Part shown: positions 20,405 through 28,600 of the stretch, in pieces
Layout: each line of letters opens with the position of its first letter
How positions within the stretch are numbered: the stretch's first letter is position 1
Notes under the pieces: model-generated
What the model was told of the DNA's origin: nothing
The model's input: the letters and a program-made list of their open reading frames with translations, nothing else
Databases searched by the model: none
Program-made: the position numbers and the translations under genes
From: Eubacteriales bacterium
Lineage (GTDB): Bacteria > Bacillota > Clostridia > Oscillospirales > CAG-272
Reading direction: 5' to 3'
NCBI GenBank assembly: GCA_045602385.1
Contig: JAZSBL010000010.1
Coordinates: forward strand, 18,802 to 82,801
DNA length: 64,000 bases

Positions 20405-20433
20405 TTACATTTTACCCCCTTTCGTATTATAAT
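20405..20433 (+). promoter_or_regulatory. sigma-A type promoter for mecA
   Basis: TTACAT, 17-nt spacer, TATAAT upstream of SD AAGGAGG and the GTG start at 20475. Confidence 0.45.
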
Positions 20434-20474
20434 GATAATGTAGCGATATAGATAGTATAATTAAGGAGGTTAAC

Positions 20475-21152
20475 GTGGAAATAATACCTATTAACGATTC
20501 CAAGCTTAAGATCATGCTTGATGAAAGCGATATGAAGGAATTACATATATGCGACGAGGCCGACTGCGCCCGCGGAGAAACAAGACTCGCCATACGCACT
20601 CTGCTTGAGCGGGCAAAAACAGAGACCGGATTTAATACAGAGGGCTCGGAGATATTCGTACAGCTTTATACCTCAAGAGACGGCGGTTGCGAGCTGTTTA
20701 TAACAAAGGGCAGCTCCCTGCCCATTCCGTCGGGCGAGGAGGAGCGCAAGGCGGACAAAAAGCCGCAAAAAAGGAAAGAGGTGCAAAAAAAGAAGCAATA
20801 CGATGATTCCTGCGCGCTATCCTTGCGCCGGGAAACACTACCCTCGCAAAAGAAACCTACATTCGGAAAAATGATATTCTCATTTGAATCACTACGCGAT
20901 ATATGCGCGGCATGCAAGATACTTATAAAAAAAGATACAGACATCGCCAGCAGTGCCTACCGCGGCGAGGGCGACGACTTTTACCTTATACTTGAGAACG
21001 CCAACATGTCCGCATACTCAAGGCTTGACGGCCTGACATTTATACTTGAATTCGGCCGCCGGGAGCGCGCGGATCACATCAACACCTACCTGTGCGAGCA
21101 CGGCAGAACAATATGCGCGGAGCATGCACTTGAAACTCTGTCACAATTTTGA
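20475..21152 (+). CDS. mecA: adaptor protein MecA (ClpC adaptor)
   Basis: 225 aa with a GTG start. MEIIPINDSKLKIMLDESDMKEL is the typical MecA N-terminus, followed by an acidic/lysine-rich linker and a C-terminal domain. Confidence 0.7.
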   Translation: MEIIPINDSKLKIMLDESDMKELHICDEADCARGETRLAIRTLLERAKTETGFNTEGSEIFVQLYTSRDGGCELFITKGSSLPIPSGEEERKADKKPQKRKEVQKKKQYDDSCALSLRRETLPSQKKPTFGKMIFSFESLRDICAACKILIKKDTDIASSAYRGEGDDFYLILENANMSAYSRLDGLTFILEFGRRERADHINTYLCEHGRTICAEHALETLSQF

Positions 21153-21244
21153 TTTTTAGAGAAAAATTATTCCCCCGATACTTGAAATCGGGGGATTTTT
21201 TTGGTAAAATGTATATATCATCATATCTGAAAGGACTTGATAAA

Positions 21245-21805
21245 ATGACTTTAGACGAGCTTAAGGCTATATGCTCCGAATGCACCGGCTGTTCACTTTG
21301 TCAGACCAGAACCAACTGCGTTTTCGGTGTTGGAAATGAAAATGCCGATATTATGTTTGTGGGTGAGGCCCCCGGTGAACAGGAGGACCTTTCCGGCACT
21401 CCCTTTGTCGGTCGCGCGGGTCAGCTGCTTGACAAATTTTTATATGCCGTTGACATCAGTCGCGAGGACGTTTATATAGCTAATATTCTTAAATGCAGAC
21501 CGCCCAAGAACCGCGACCCTCTGCCCGAGGAGGAGGACGCCTGCATAGATTTCCTCCGCCGACAGGTCGAGATAATTAATCCAAAGGTAATCGTTTGTCT
21601 TGGCAGGATCTCCGCCATGAGATTGATAAAACCCGATTTCAAGATAACCAAAGAGCACGGCACATGGTTTAAAAAGGGCAACTACCTTATGACCGCCGTC
21701 TACCACCCCGCCGCGCTCCTGCGCGACCCCAGAAAAAAAGAGGATATGCTTGAGGATATGAAGCGTATCAAGGAAAAGGTCACGGAGATAGAAAATGAAT
21801 TTTGA
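21245..21805 (+). CDS. family 4 uracil-DNA glycosylase
   Basis: CxxC (CTGCSLC), GEAPGEQED motif, [10 protein letters not shown], and HPAALLR at the C-terminus. Start trimmed to ATG 21245. Confidence 0.85.
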   Translation: MTLDELKAICSECTGCSLCQTRTNCVFGVGNENADIMFVGEAPGEQEDLSGTPFVGRAGQLLDKFLYAVDISREDVYIANILKCRPPKNRDPLPEEEDACIDFLRRQVEIINPKVIVCLGRISAMRLIKPDFKITKEHGTWFKKGNYLMTAVYHPAALLRDPRKKEDMLEDMKRIKEKVTEIENEF

Positions 21806-22769
21806 CGCACTTTACGTGGTGGTCGCCACCATCACAGTTCTGCTTGCAGTAGGCTTTATCTGCCGCAAGACGGGAATAATCAACGACGTATCATCCAAAA
21901 ACCTGTCAAGGATAGTTTTAACCGTGGGTCAGCCCGCAATGCTTATTCACTCCATGTCAGGGGCGGAATATAACGAGGAAAACGTCAACATGGCATGGAT
22001 AATGCTCGGTCTTGGTTTTGCCTATCACGCTGTCCTTGCCGTCCTTGCATACCTACTTTCACTGCCTTACAGAAAAAATCTTGACGAGAAGAAGATCTCC
22101 GAATTCGCATTTATGTTCGCCAACTGCGCCTTTATCGGCTTCCCTATCTTCGAGGCCTTGCTTGGACAGCGCGGACTCTTTATGGCGTCCTTCCTCGTGT
22201 TCAGCTTCAACGTTCTCGTATGGACCTGGGGACTTTCGATATATGCCAGAAAGAGATGCGACATAAAGCTCAATATTAAAAAGATACTCCTCAATTTCGG
22301 AACTGTGCCCTGTGTTATCGGCTTTGCTTTCTATCTTCTCAAGGCTCCATCCATCGGATTTGAGCTTCCCGAATTTATTACCAAGGCAGCGGGGTATCTT
22401 ACAAATATCTGCACTCCGATATCCATTCTGATAATAGGCTCGCTTATCGCAACACAGAGTCCAAAGCGGATATTCTGCTCATGGAAGCTCTATTATTTCA
22501 ATGCGGTGAAGCTCTTCATCCTCCCCCTGCTCGTCTGTCTTGTCTCAAAGGTGATAATCACGCTTATCCCGGTCGACGGGCTTGAAATATACGCGATCTT
22601 CGTTACCGCCGCCGCGGCTCTGCCGTCCGGCGCGATCGTATCGATGATGTCCGAAACGTATGGACTTGATTCGGGATATTCCTCTGTTATAGTCGGCACG
22701 TCGTCACTCTTATCGGTGCTTTCCCTGCCACTGACGCTTATGCTTGCCGAAAAGATATTATTTCTTTAA
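21795..22769 (+). CDS. AEC (auxin efflux carrier) family transporter
   Basis: 324 aa with about 10 TM segments. Overlaps the udg stop by 11 nt. Confidence 0.75.
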   Translation: MNFDALYVVVATITVLLAVGFICRKTGIINDVSSKNLSRIVLTVGQPAMLIHSMSGAEYNEENVNMAWIMLGLGFAYHAVLAVLAYLLSLPYRKNLDEKKISEFAFMFANCAFIGFPIFEALLGQRGLFMASFLVFSFNVLVWTWGLSIYARKRCDIKLNIKKILLNFGTVPCVIGFAFYLLKAPSIGFELPEFITKAAGYLTNICTPISILIIGSLIATQSPKRIFCSWKLYYFNAVKLFILPLLVCLVSKVIITLIPVDGLEIYAIFVTAAAALPSGAIVSMMSETYGLDSGYSSVIVGTSSLLSVLSLPLTLMLAEKILFL

Positions 22770-22774
22770 AAATT

Positions 22775-22816
22775 AAAACACCGTCGGTATAGGATTGTAC
22801 CCTAAAGGACAGTTTT
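22775..22816. repeat. left arm of the 42-bp imperfect inverted repeat bounding the low-GC patch
   Basis: AAAACACCGTCGGTATAGGATTGTACCCTAAAGGACAGTTTT matches the reverse complement of 24062-24103 at 39/42 positions. Confidence 0.85.
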
Positions 22817-22821
22817 CAAAA

Positions 22822-22856
22822 ATACGGCATATCTCAAAAGGGGTATGCCGTATTTT
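22822..22856. terminator. hairpin with T-run, first of three consecutive hairpins
   Basis: ATACGGCATA-12 nt-TATGCCGTAT then TTTTG. Followed by TGCATTTGTG-ga-CACAAATGCA (22856-22877) and CTTGTCA-7 nt-TGACAAG (22881-22901). Confidence 0.55.
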
Positions 22857-22921
22857 GCATTTGTGGACACAAATGCAGTGCTTGTCAGGAAAATTGACAA
22901 GGCATAGGTGGACAAAAAAGG

Positions 22922-22967
22922 CTCCCTTGTGTAAAGGGAGCTGTCAGCGAAGCTGACTGAGGGATTG
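22922..22967. repeat. inverted-repeat arm (3' side) of DUF559 element 1
   Basis: CTCCCTT-gtgta-AAGGGAG followed by GTCAGC-gaa-GCTGAC. Confidence 0.85.
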
Positions 22968-23312
22968 TTCTACGAGGTGATCAATATATTCACAGACACC
23001 CCGAAAGTTTTTATATATTTCCGTATTCGGTATTCTGATAACTGTCAAACCGTATTCTGCAAGAAAAGCGGTTCTTTCTTCATCGTATTGCTTTCCTTCC
23101 TCGCTATAATGCCCAGAGCCGTCAAGCTCTATGACGAGCTTTGCCTCTGCACAGTAAAAATCTGCGATATACTTTCCGAGAACCTTTTGACGAGAAAAGC
23201 GGACGGGATAAGCGCGCAGAAAATCATACCAAAGATGTTTTTCCTCTTTGGTCATATTCTTCCGTAGCATTTTTGCGGTAGGAACGATATCTTTATTATG
23301 TTTTCTCTGCAT
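22944..23312 (-). CDS. DUF559 / Vsr-like (PD-(D/E)XK) endonuclease domain protein
   Basis: MQRKHNKDIVPTAKMLRKNMTKEEKHLWYDFLR...IADFYCAEAKLVIELDGSGH... is the typical DUF559 core. Start trimmed to ATG 23312. Confidence 0.8.
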   Translation of the reverse strand: MQRKHNKDIVPTAKMLRKNMTKEEKHLWYDFLRAYPVRFSRQKVLGKYIADFYCAEAKLVIELDGSGHYSEEGKQYDEERTAFLAEYGLTVIRIPNTEIYKNFRGVCEYIDHLVEQSLSQLR

Positions 23313-23314
23313 TA

Positions 23315-23362
23315 CAATCCCTCCGTCACGCTCCGCGTGCCACCTCCCTTTACACAAGGGAG
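23315..23362. repeat. inverted-repeat arm (5' side) of DUF559 element 1
   Basis: CACGC-tcc-GCGTG followed by CTCCCTT-tacac-AAGGGAG. Contains the stop codon of the methyltransferase ORF. Confidence 0.85.
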
Positions 23363-23955
23363 GCTTTTGTGCTAACCGTTACGTATGCGTGGTCTGTTTC
23401 AAATTCATTTACAATTTTAAGCTTTGTTATTGATAGATAACTACGTATATCGTTAGGGTTATCGGGATAAATTTTTATTTTTCTATTTCCCATATCGATA
23501 TACTCATTCTTATTTTTATCGATTGATAAAACGAAAAGTCCGTTGTTTGTCAGCAAAGTAGCAATTTTTTGTATAGCTGATAATTTATCTTGTATATGCA
23601 TAAAGGTTAATGACGAGTATATTACATCGAACTGTGATTCAAATTCATAAGACATAAAATCACCGCAAATAAGCTTTATATTTCGATACGTTGATAGATT
23701 TTCAGCCGCTCTACCAATTGTCTTTTCGGAAATATCTATTCCACACAAGCTTTTACAATTTGGTGCAATTTTTATGGCAAGTCGCCCTGTTCCGATTCCT
23801 ATTTCCAAAGCGGATTTGCTTTTATCAAGCCGCATACTCTCGATAAACTTCTCTCCGTCCCACTTATCCATATAATCTCTCAAAGGTTTAGGATCACGAG
23901 TAGGGTCATTGTTTTCGTCAATTAGCTTGTTATAATGTTCAATCACATCTCTCAT
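23350..23955 (-). CDS. class I SAM-dependent methyltransferase (small-molecule type)
   Basis: 201 aa; motif I ALEIGIGTGRLA, then GIDISEK and DVIYSSLTFMHI. A hand count on one 60-nt line gives ~33% GC. Confidence 0.8.
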   Translation of the reverse strand: MRDVIEHYNKLIDENNDPTRDPKPLRDYMDKWDGEKFIESMRLDKSKSALEIGIGTGRLAIKIAPNCKSLCGIDISEKTIGRAAENLSTYRNIKLICGDFMSYEFESQFDVIYSSLTFMHIQDKLSAIQKIATLLTNNGLFVLSIDKNKNEYIDMGNRKIKIYPDNPNDIRSYLSITKLKIVNEFETDHAYVTVSTKASLV

Positions 23956-24013
23956 ATATGTACCGTCCTTTTATCAAGGTTTTAGCAAATGTTCGTACTC
24001 TATTATATCACAA

Positions 24014-24040
24014 AAACCTCAGAAAATCAATCTGAGGTTT
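24014..24040. terminator. hairpin between divIC and the methyltransferase gene
   Basis: AAACCTCAGA-7 nt-TCTGAGGTTT. On the minus strand it is followed by TTGTGATATAAT, a possible -10 for the methyltransferase gene. Confidence 0.5.
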
Positions 24041-24061
24041 CTGTTTTTTCTGTCGGCAGAT

Positions 24062-24103
24062 AAAACTGTCCTTTAGGGTACAGTCCTATTACGACGGTGT
24101 TTT
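24062..24103. repeat. right arm of the 42-bp imperfect inverted repeat bounding the low-GC patch
   Basis: Reverse complement of 22775-22816 at 39/42 positions. Abuts the divIC stop codon. Confidence 0.85.
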
Positions 24104-24523
24104 TTATTTTCCGTTAGAATCGTTATGATATATTATCTCATCGGGCAAGAACAGATTAAGCTTTTCCTTGGCCACTCTTATTATATATTCGTAGTCCACG
24201 GGCGAGTCTATAAGATACTCAAGCTCTTCTTTCTCCGCCTCGTATTCCTCTACCTTTGCTTCAAGCACCTCTTTTTCGCGCTTCAGCTCACTGTATCTCA
24301 TAAGTCCCGTGACAAAGGCGGTTATAGACACGATAAGCAATACAGCAAGCAAGAGCCTTGCTGTGACCTTTATATGAGGGGCCTTCATACCCTTTTTTAT
24401 CGCACGCTCAAGATTCTTCTCGGACTGCTCCTGTGCGCTATCCGTCTCACCGACGTCCCCCACCGAAGCTGATGCGACCTTCTTTTCTATATCCTCTTGC
24501 ACCCTTGGCATTATCTTCCTCAT
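24104..24523 (-). CDS. divIC: septum formation initiator family protein (FtsB/DivIC)
   Basis: A TM helix, then coiled coil LKREKEVLEAKVEEYEAEKEELEYLIDSP..YIIRVAKEKLNL. The true start may be ATG 24511 or further inside. Confidence 0.75.
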   Translation of the reverse strand: MRKIMPRVQEDIEKKVASASVGDVGETDSAQEQSEKNLERAIKKGMKAPHIKVTARLLLAVLLIVSITAFVTGLMRYSELKREKEVLEAKVEEYEAEKEELEYLIDSPVDYEYIIRVAKEKLNLFLPDEIIYHNDSNGK

Positions 24524-25067
24524 CCTTTTTTTCTTCGGTGATACACTCCGGCAATGCTTGCGCGCAGCCCGCTGTCTTTGCCGCTTTCGCTGCCCTCACC
24601 TTACATCTTATTTTACCAATTATTCTTCCGATTGTCAAGGAGTAAAGTCTACAATAAAGCGAAAAAATTGCCCTGATCGGAACAAGCGCTATCTTAACCG
24701 TTTTTCTAAGCACTCGCTTTATTATCGAGGTGACAAAACGCTCCGCCTTTTCGATCAATCTGCCAACGCTAACTCTGTAAAGTATAAGTCCAACGCCCAT
24801 ACAAAGATATACACAACCGCGGAAAACTCCGCCCCCTATATTGTACGTCAGAAGAATTGCCGAGGATGCGAAAAGCAGGCAAAAAATAAGGTCGGTGAGA
24901 AATAAAAAGATAACCGATGCTATTCTCTTTATCCGTCCCCCTTCTTCGCCGACTCCCAAAAGCATTTTCGCTATCCGCACCGTCTCGTAAAGCACGCCAA
25001 GCGCAACTCCGATCAGAAAAGCCTTTATTATAAGCGACAGGATAAGCTCTTGCGAAAGATCTATCAC
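24447..25067 (-). CDS. yabQ: spore cortex biosynthesis protein YabQ
   Basis: GTG start 3 nt after the yabP stop. N-terminus ...FLIGVALGVLYETVRIAKML fits the YabQ G..G..Y(D/E)..R pattern; synteny is yabP-yabQ-divIC. Confidence 0.65.
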   Translation of the reverse strand: MIDLSQELILSLIIKAFLIGVALGVLYETVRIAKMLLGVGEEGGRIKRIASVIFLFLTDLIFCLLFASSAILLTYNIGGGVFRGCVYLCMGVGLILYRVSVGRLIEKAERFVTSIIKRVLRKTVKIALVPIRAIFSLYCRLYSLTIGRIIGKIRCKVRAAKAAKTAGCAQALPECITEEKKDEEDNAKGARGYRKEGRISFGGGRR

Positions 25068-25070
25068 GCG

Positions 25071-25349
25071 CTATCCCTCTCGTCCTCGGAAAAGTCCACG
25101 CTTGCCTGCGGGCTTTGCCTCGTAATAATATATTCCGTTTATCCGTCCGTCTACCTCGACTCTGCCGTCGGTGATGTTCAGGACCGTCACGTGCAGTCCC
25201 TCTCCCTCCACCGCCATATTACCAACCACGGTCTCAAGCGCGACTCCGCCCTCGTCAAAGCTTACTACGTCCACAACCCCTTCTATTTTTATCCCCTCGC
25301 GAGAGGACGAGGAGATTGAATGCTTCTTTTCCGCATTTTGTTCGTTCAT
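25071..25349 (-). CDS. yabP: sporulation protein YabP
   Basis: IKIEGVVDVVSFDEGGVALETVVGNMAVEGEGLHVTVLNITDGRVEVDGRINGIYY. Start trimmed to ATG 25349 (SD GGAGG). Confidence 0.8.
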   Translation of the reverse strand: MNEQNAEKKHSISSSSREGIKIEGVVDVVSFDEGGVALETVVGNMAVEGEGLHVTVLNITDGRVEVDGRINGIYYYEAKPAGKRGLFRGREG

Positions 25350-25405
25350 AGAAAAACCTCCGCATACAGCACCGAATGGTACAGTATATGCGGAGGCCTT
25401 CAAGG

Positions 25406-25648
25406 TTATTCAATTACCTCATAAAGCGAGGACGCGTCTGCCTTTGCGGTGAATTCCCTTACGTCAAGAACTCTTACCTTGAGAGTTCGCTGACCGAAGG
25501 TCACCTCAATGACGTCTCCCGTCTTGACGTCGTACGATGCCTTGGCGGGTCTGCCGTTTACCTGGACGTGCGCGGTATCGCACGCGTCGTTGGCAACGGT
25601 ACGCCTTTTTATGATTCTTGAAACCTTTAAGTATTTATCGAGTCTCAT
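25406..25648 (-). CDS. RNA-binding S4 domain protein (YabO/Hsp15-like)
   Basis: 80 aa; MRLDKYLKVSRIIKRRTVANDAC is an S4 motif. Confidence 0.8.
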   Translation of the reverse strand: MRLDKYLKVSRIIKRRTVANDACDTAHVQVNGRPAKASYDVKTGDVIEVTFGQRTLKVRVLDVREFTAKADASSLYEVIE

Positions 25649-25654
25649 TAAAAA

Positions 25655-25930
25655 TTAGCCGTTTACTTTTTCCTTAAGGGTGCTGCCTGCTGCGAATGCA
25701 ACGTACTTGGATGCGGGAATAGCTACCTTCTCGCCTGTCTTGGGGTTTCTACCCTCTCTTGCTGCGCGCTCCTTAACCTCAAAACCACCAAAGCCTGTGA
25801 TCTTAACGTCCTCGCCCTGAGCGAGAGCCTCTGCGATAACCTCGAGAACTGCGTCAACTGCTGCAGCTGCATCCTTCTTTGTCATTCCTGCCTTTGCTGC
25901 TACTGCATCTGTAAGCTGTAACTTTTTCAT
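25655..25930 (-). CDS. hup: HU family DNA-binding protein
   Basis: 91 aa; GFGGFEVKERAAREGRNPKTGEKVAIPA is the HU arm motif. Confidence 0.93.
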   Translation of the reverse strand: MKKLQLTDAVAAKAGMTKKDAAAAVDAVLEVIAEALAQGEDVKITGFGGFEVKERAAREGRNPKTGEKVAIPASKYVAFAAGSTLKEKVNG

Positions 25931-26026
25931 GATAAATTCCTCTTTCTTTATTTAAATTTTATGGACATGCAAAACAGTAGTCAAAATGACCACCAAAACG
26001 GCAAATCCATTTTATTTGTTTAGTTA

Positions 26027-26055
26027 ATTATACCATAAAAATTCAGTCAATGCAA
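26027..26055 (-). promoter_or_regulatory. sigma-A type promoter for hup (about 90-nt 5' UTR)
   Basis: On the minus strand, TTGCAT, 17-nt spacer, TGgTATAAT. Confidence 0.5.
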
Positions 26056-26117
26056 TAGCTTTTTTGAAATTTTTATGCAAAAACCTATATTTTTTAAGGA
26101 TTTTTCGCTTTTTTTGC

Positions 26118-26945
26118 TCAATTTTCATGTTTTATGGAATCCCAGACCTCGTCAAGCTCGGTCATAGACATATTTTCAACGTTTTTGCCTTGATCCAAAA
26201 CGGCATTTTCAACCTTCTCAAAACGGTCCAAAAACTTGTTTGTTGCGTTGAAAAGCGCCTGCTCACTGTCAACTCCCAGCTTGCGCGCGAGGCTTGTTAC
26301 CGTCAGAAGAAGATCGCCCATCTCCTCCATGACTGCATCCTTGTCGCCGCTCTCTGCCGCTTCTCTGACCTCTGCGATCTCCTCGTCAAGCTTTGCATAG
26401 ACCTCCTCAACAGTCGGAAAGTCAAAGAAGGATGCCTTCTTGCCCACCTTCTGCGCCCTCATAAGCGCGGGAAGCATCGGGGGGATAGAACGCAGCTTAT
26501 CGGTAAGCGTATTTCTCTGCTTTTCAACTCCCTTGATCTTATCCCAGTTTGCAAGCACGTCATCGCTGTTGTCAAGCTTCAATTCGCCAAACACGTGGGG
26601 GTGACGGTGTATCAGCTTTGCGGAAATATCATTGGCAACGTCGTTTATGTCAAATCTGCCCTCCTCATGCTCTATATCGGCATGAAATACGATCTGCAAA
26701 AGCACGTCGCCAAGCTCCTCGCGCAAAAGCTTCGGATCATCTGTGTCTATCGCCTCGATCACCTCGTAGGTCTCCTCAATAAAGTCCTTGCGCAGGCTCT
26801 TGTGCGTCTGCTCCTTATCCCAAGGACAGCCGACGTTACTGCGTAAGATCGTAACTATCTCACAAAGGTCGTCAAAGGAGTATCTATCCTGCCCTAAAAG
26901 GCGCTCTACTCTTTCCTGCTTTTCATTATCCGTCAAGATGTTCAT
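26118..26945 (-). CDS. mazG: MazG nucleoside triphosphate pyrophosphohydrolase
   Basis: 275 aa; CPWDKEQTHKSL, EETYEVIEAI and EELGDVLLQIVFH motifs, with a duplicated MazG domain. Confidence 0.88.
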   Translation of the reverse strand: MNILTDNEKQERVERLLGQDRYSFDDLCEIVTILRSNVGCPWDKEQTHKSLRKDFIEETYEVIEAIDTDDPKLLREELGDVLLQIVFHADIEHEEGRFDINDVANDISAKLIHRHPHVFGELKLDNSDDVLANWDKIKGVEKQRNTLTDKLRSIPPMLPALMRAQKVGKKASFFDFPTVEEVYAKLDEEIAEVREAAESGDKDAVMEEMGDLLLTVTSLARKLGVDSEQALFNATNKFLDRFEKVENAVLDQGKNVENMSMTELDEVWDSIKHEN

Positions 26946-26985
26946 TTTTTATTCTTCCTTTTTGTATTTTCAGAAAATATCTGCC

Positions 26986-28587
26986 TTATTTTGATGCCAA
27001 TATTGATTTTATTTCTTTTACGTTTATTACACGCAACAAAAGACATGCAATTATATACATTACTCCCGCGGTCATTATCGCACCGACAGTCATAACCGCT
27101 CCCTCTCCGTATCTGGCGGACATACTGCCGTAGAGTATCCTTGATGCCACTATTGAGATAATTGACGCTATAAATGGCCGCACGAGTATCTTTCCTATCT
27201 TCAGCTTCCCGGGCATATACCTGCACAAAAAATAAAAACCCAGTATATTTATAGCCATATCACATGCAAGCGTGCTTATCGGCGCTCCCATGATATTTAC
27301 ACTCTCATTGCCGATAAGAAAAAATGAAAGCACTGTTTTTATCACTGCCCCAACGCCCATCGATACAAGCGGCAGCGAGGGATGTCCGTACGCCTGCAGA
27401 GATGCGTTTGTTACCGTTATCATGCTTGAAAGACTGACCGACAAGGCAAGGCATGTCAAAAGCGGCGCGCAAAGAGTGATCGCCTCACTCTCCCCCTTGA
27501 AGATAAGCTCAAGTATCTCCTTTGAAAAAAGGGCAAGTCCCACCGATATCGGCATCGAGATCATTGCGGTAAGCGAAATACCGTCGCTGACGGTTTTCAG
27601 CTCCGCTTCCTTATCTCCCCCTGCTATCGCGCGGCTGAGCCGTGGCAGTATCGGCATAGCGACCGCCCCGACAAGAGCGGGCGCCAGCGAGAAAAGCGGC
27701 AGACATAGCGTGGTATAGCTTCCGTAGACCGAAAACGCTACCTCGCCCGAATAGCCTATGCTTTGTAATCGGCGCAGGATCATTGTCATATCTACCATTT
27801 TTGTAATACTTGAAAGCGCTGCCGATACGGTTATCGGCACTGACATTGCAAGAAGCTCTCTACGAATAGATCTTTTGTCCTTTTCGACACTTAGAGGTAA
27901 ATCTGAGCCCTTAAAGCCCTTTGTCAAAAAGAGATACAATGCCGACAGCGCGCTGCCGACCAAGAGACCCAACACAGCACAGGCGGCAACGACCTCTCCC
28001 GGAAGCCCCGTATTGAGCGCCAACGATGCAAACAACAAGCCCAATATCAGCTTGCAGAGCGCTTCTATTACCTGTGAGATTGCGGTAGGGAGCATTCTTG
28101 CCTGTCCCTGAAAATATCCCCTATACGCGCTTGCTATACAAATAAAGAGCAGCGTGGGGGCAATTGCCACTATCGCGTAGAAGCTTTTGGTATTGCCCAA
28201 AAATTGAGCCAATGGGTATGAAAAGGCAAGCATTATTGCCGTTCCCACCGCTCCAAGCAGAAGAAACAGACGTCGGGCGCACTTGAATATTCTCTCCGCC
28301 CCCGCACCTTCATTCTCCCTTGATATCATTACCGACATAGCCACGGGCAGGCCTGAGGTCGATATTATACACAAAAGAGCATAGATCTCGTATGCGGAAT
28401 TAAAATAACCCATGCCCTCGCTACCTAAAAGTCTGAGCATGGGTATTTTAAAGACAAGCCCGATTATCTTTACTGTAACAGCCGAAAGCGAAAGAGCCAG
28501 AACTCCCGAATAAAAGCCTTTTCGTCCTTTATCTTTATGTGTTCCTTGCTTCTTATATATCTCGATCTCCCGGCGTTCTTGCTCCAT
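26986..28587 (-). CDS. MOP-superfamily flippase (YabM/SpoVB/MurJ-like)
   Basis: 533 aa, polytopic. Positioned upstream of mazG, as yabM is in Bacillus. Confidence 0.7.
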   Translation of the reverse strand: MEQERREIEIYKKQGTHKDKGRKGFYSGVLALSLSAVTVKIIGLVFKIPMLRLLGSEGMGYFNSAYEIYALLCIISTSGLPVAMSVMISRENEGAGAERIFKCARRLFLLLGAVGTAIMLAFSYPLAQFLGNTKSFYAIVAIAPTLLFICIASAYRGYFQGQARMLPTAISQVIEALCKLILGLLFASLALNTGLPGEVVAACAVLGLLVGSALSALYLFLTKGFKGSDLPLSVEKDKRSIRRELLAMSVPITVSAALSSITKMVDMTMILRRLQSIGYSGEVAFSVYGSYTTLCLPLFSLAPALVGAVAMPILPRLSRAIAGGDKEAELKTVSDGISLTAMISMPISVGLALFSKEILELIFKGESEAITLCAPLLTCLALSVSLSSMITVTNASLQAYGHPSLPLVSMGVGAVIKTVLSFFLIGNESVNIMGAPISTLACDMAINILGFYFLCRYMPGKLKIGKILVRPFIASIISIVASRILYGSMSARYGEGAVMTVGAIMTAGVMYIIACLLLRVINVKEIKSILASK

Positions 28588-28600
28588 TTATCCTCCGATA

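Larger units (their letters stand above)
22922..23362 (-). mobile_element. DUF559 mini-element 1: Vsr-like endonuclease ORF bracketed by 46/48-bp inverted repeats
   Basis: Arms at 22922-22967 and 23315-23362. Each arm holds two hairpins, and the inner ends supply the SD (GAGGGA) and the last 8 codons of the ORF. Confidence 0.45.

Noticed and set aside
22775-24103. Interpreting the 42-bp inverted repeats as a simple bidirectional terminator.
   Set aside because: The arms are 1.2 kb apart and separated by two genes with their own hairpins, so they cannot act as one local terminator in the present configuration. They are kept as island boundaries.
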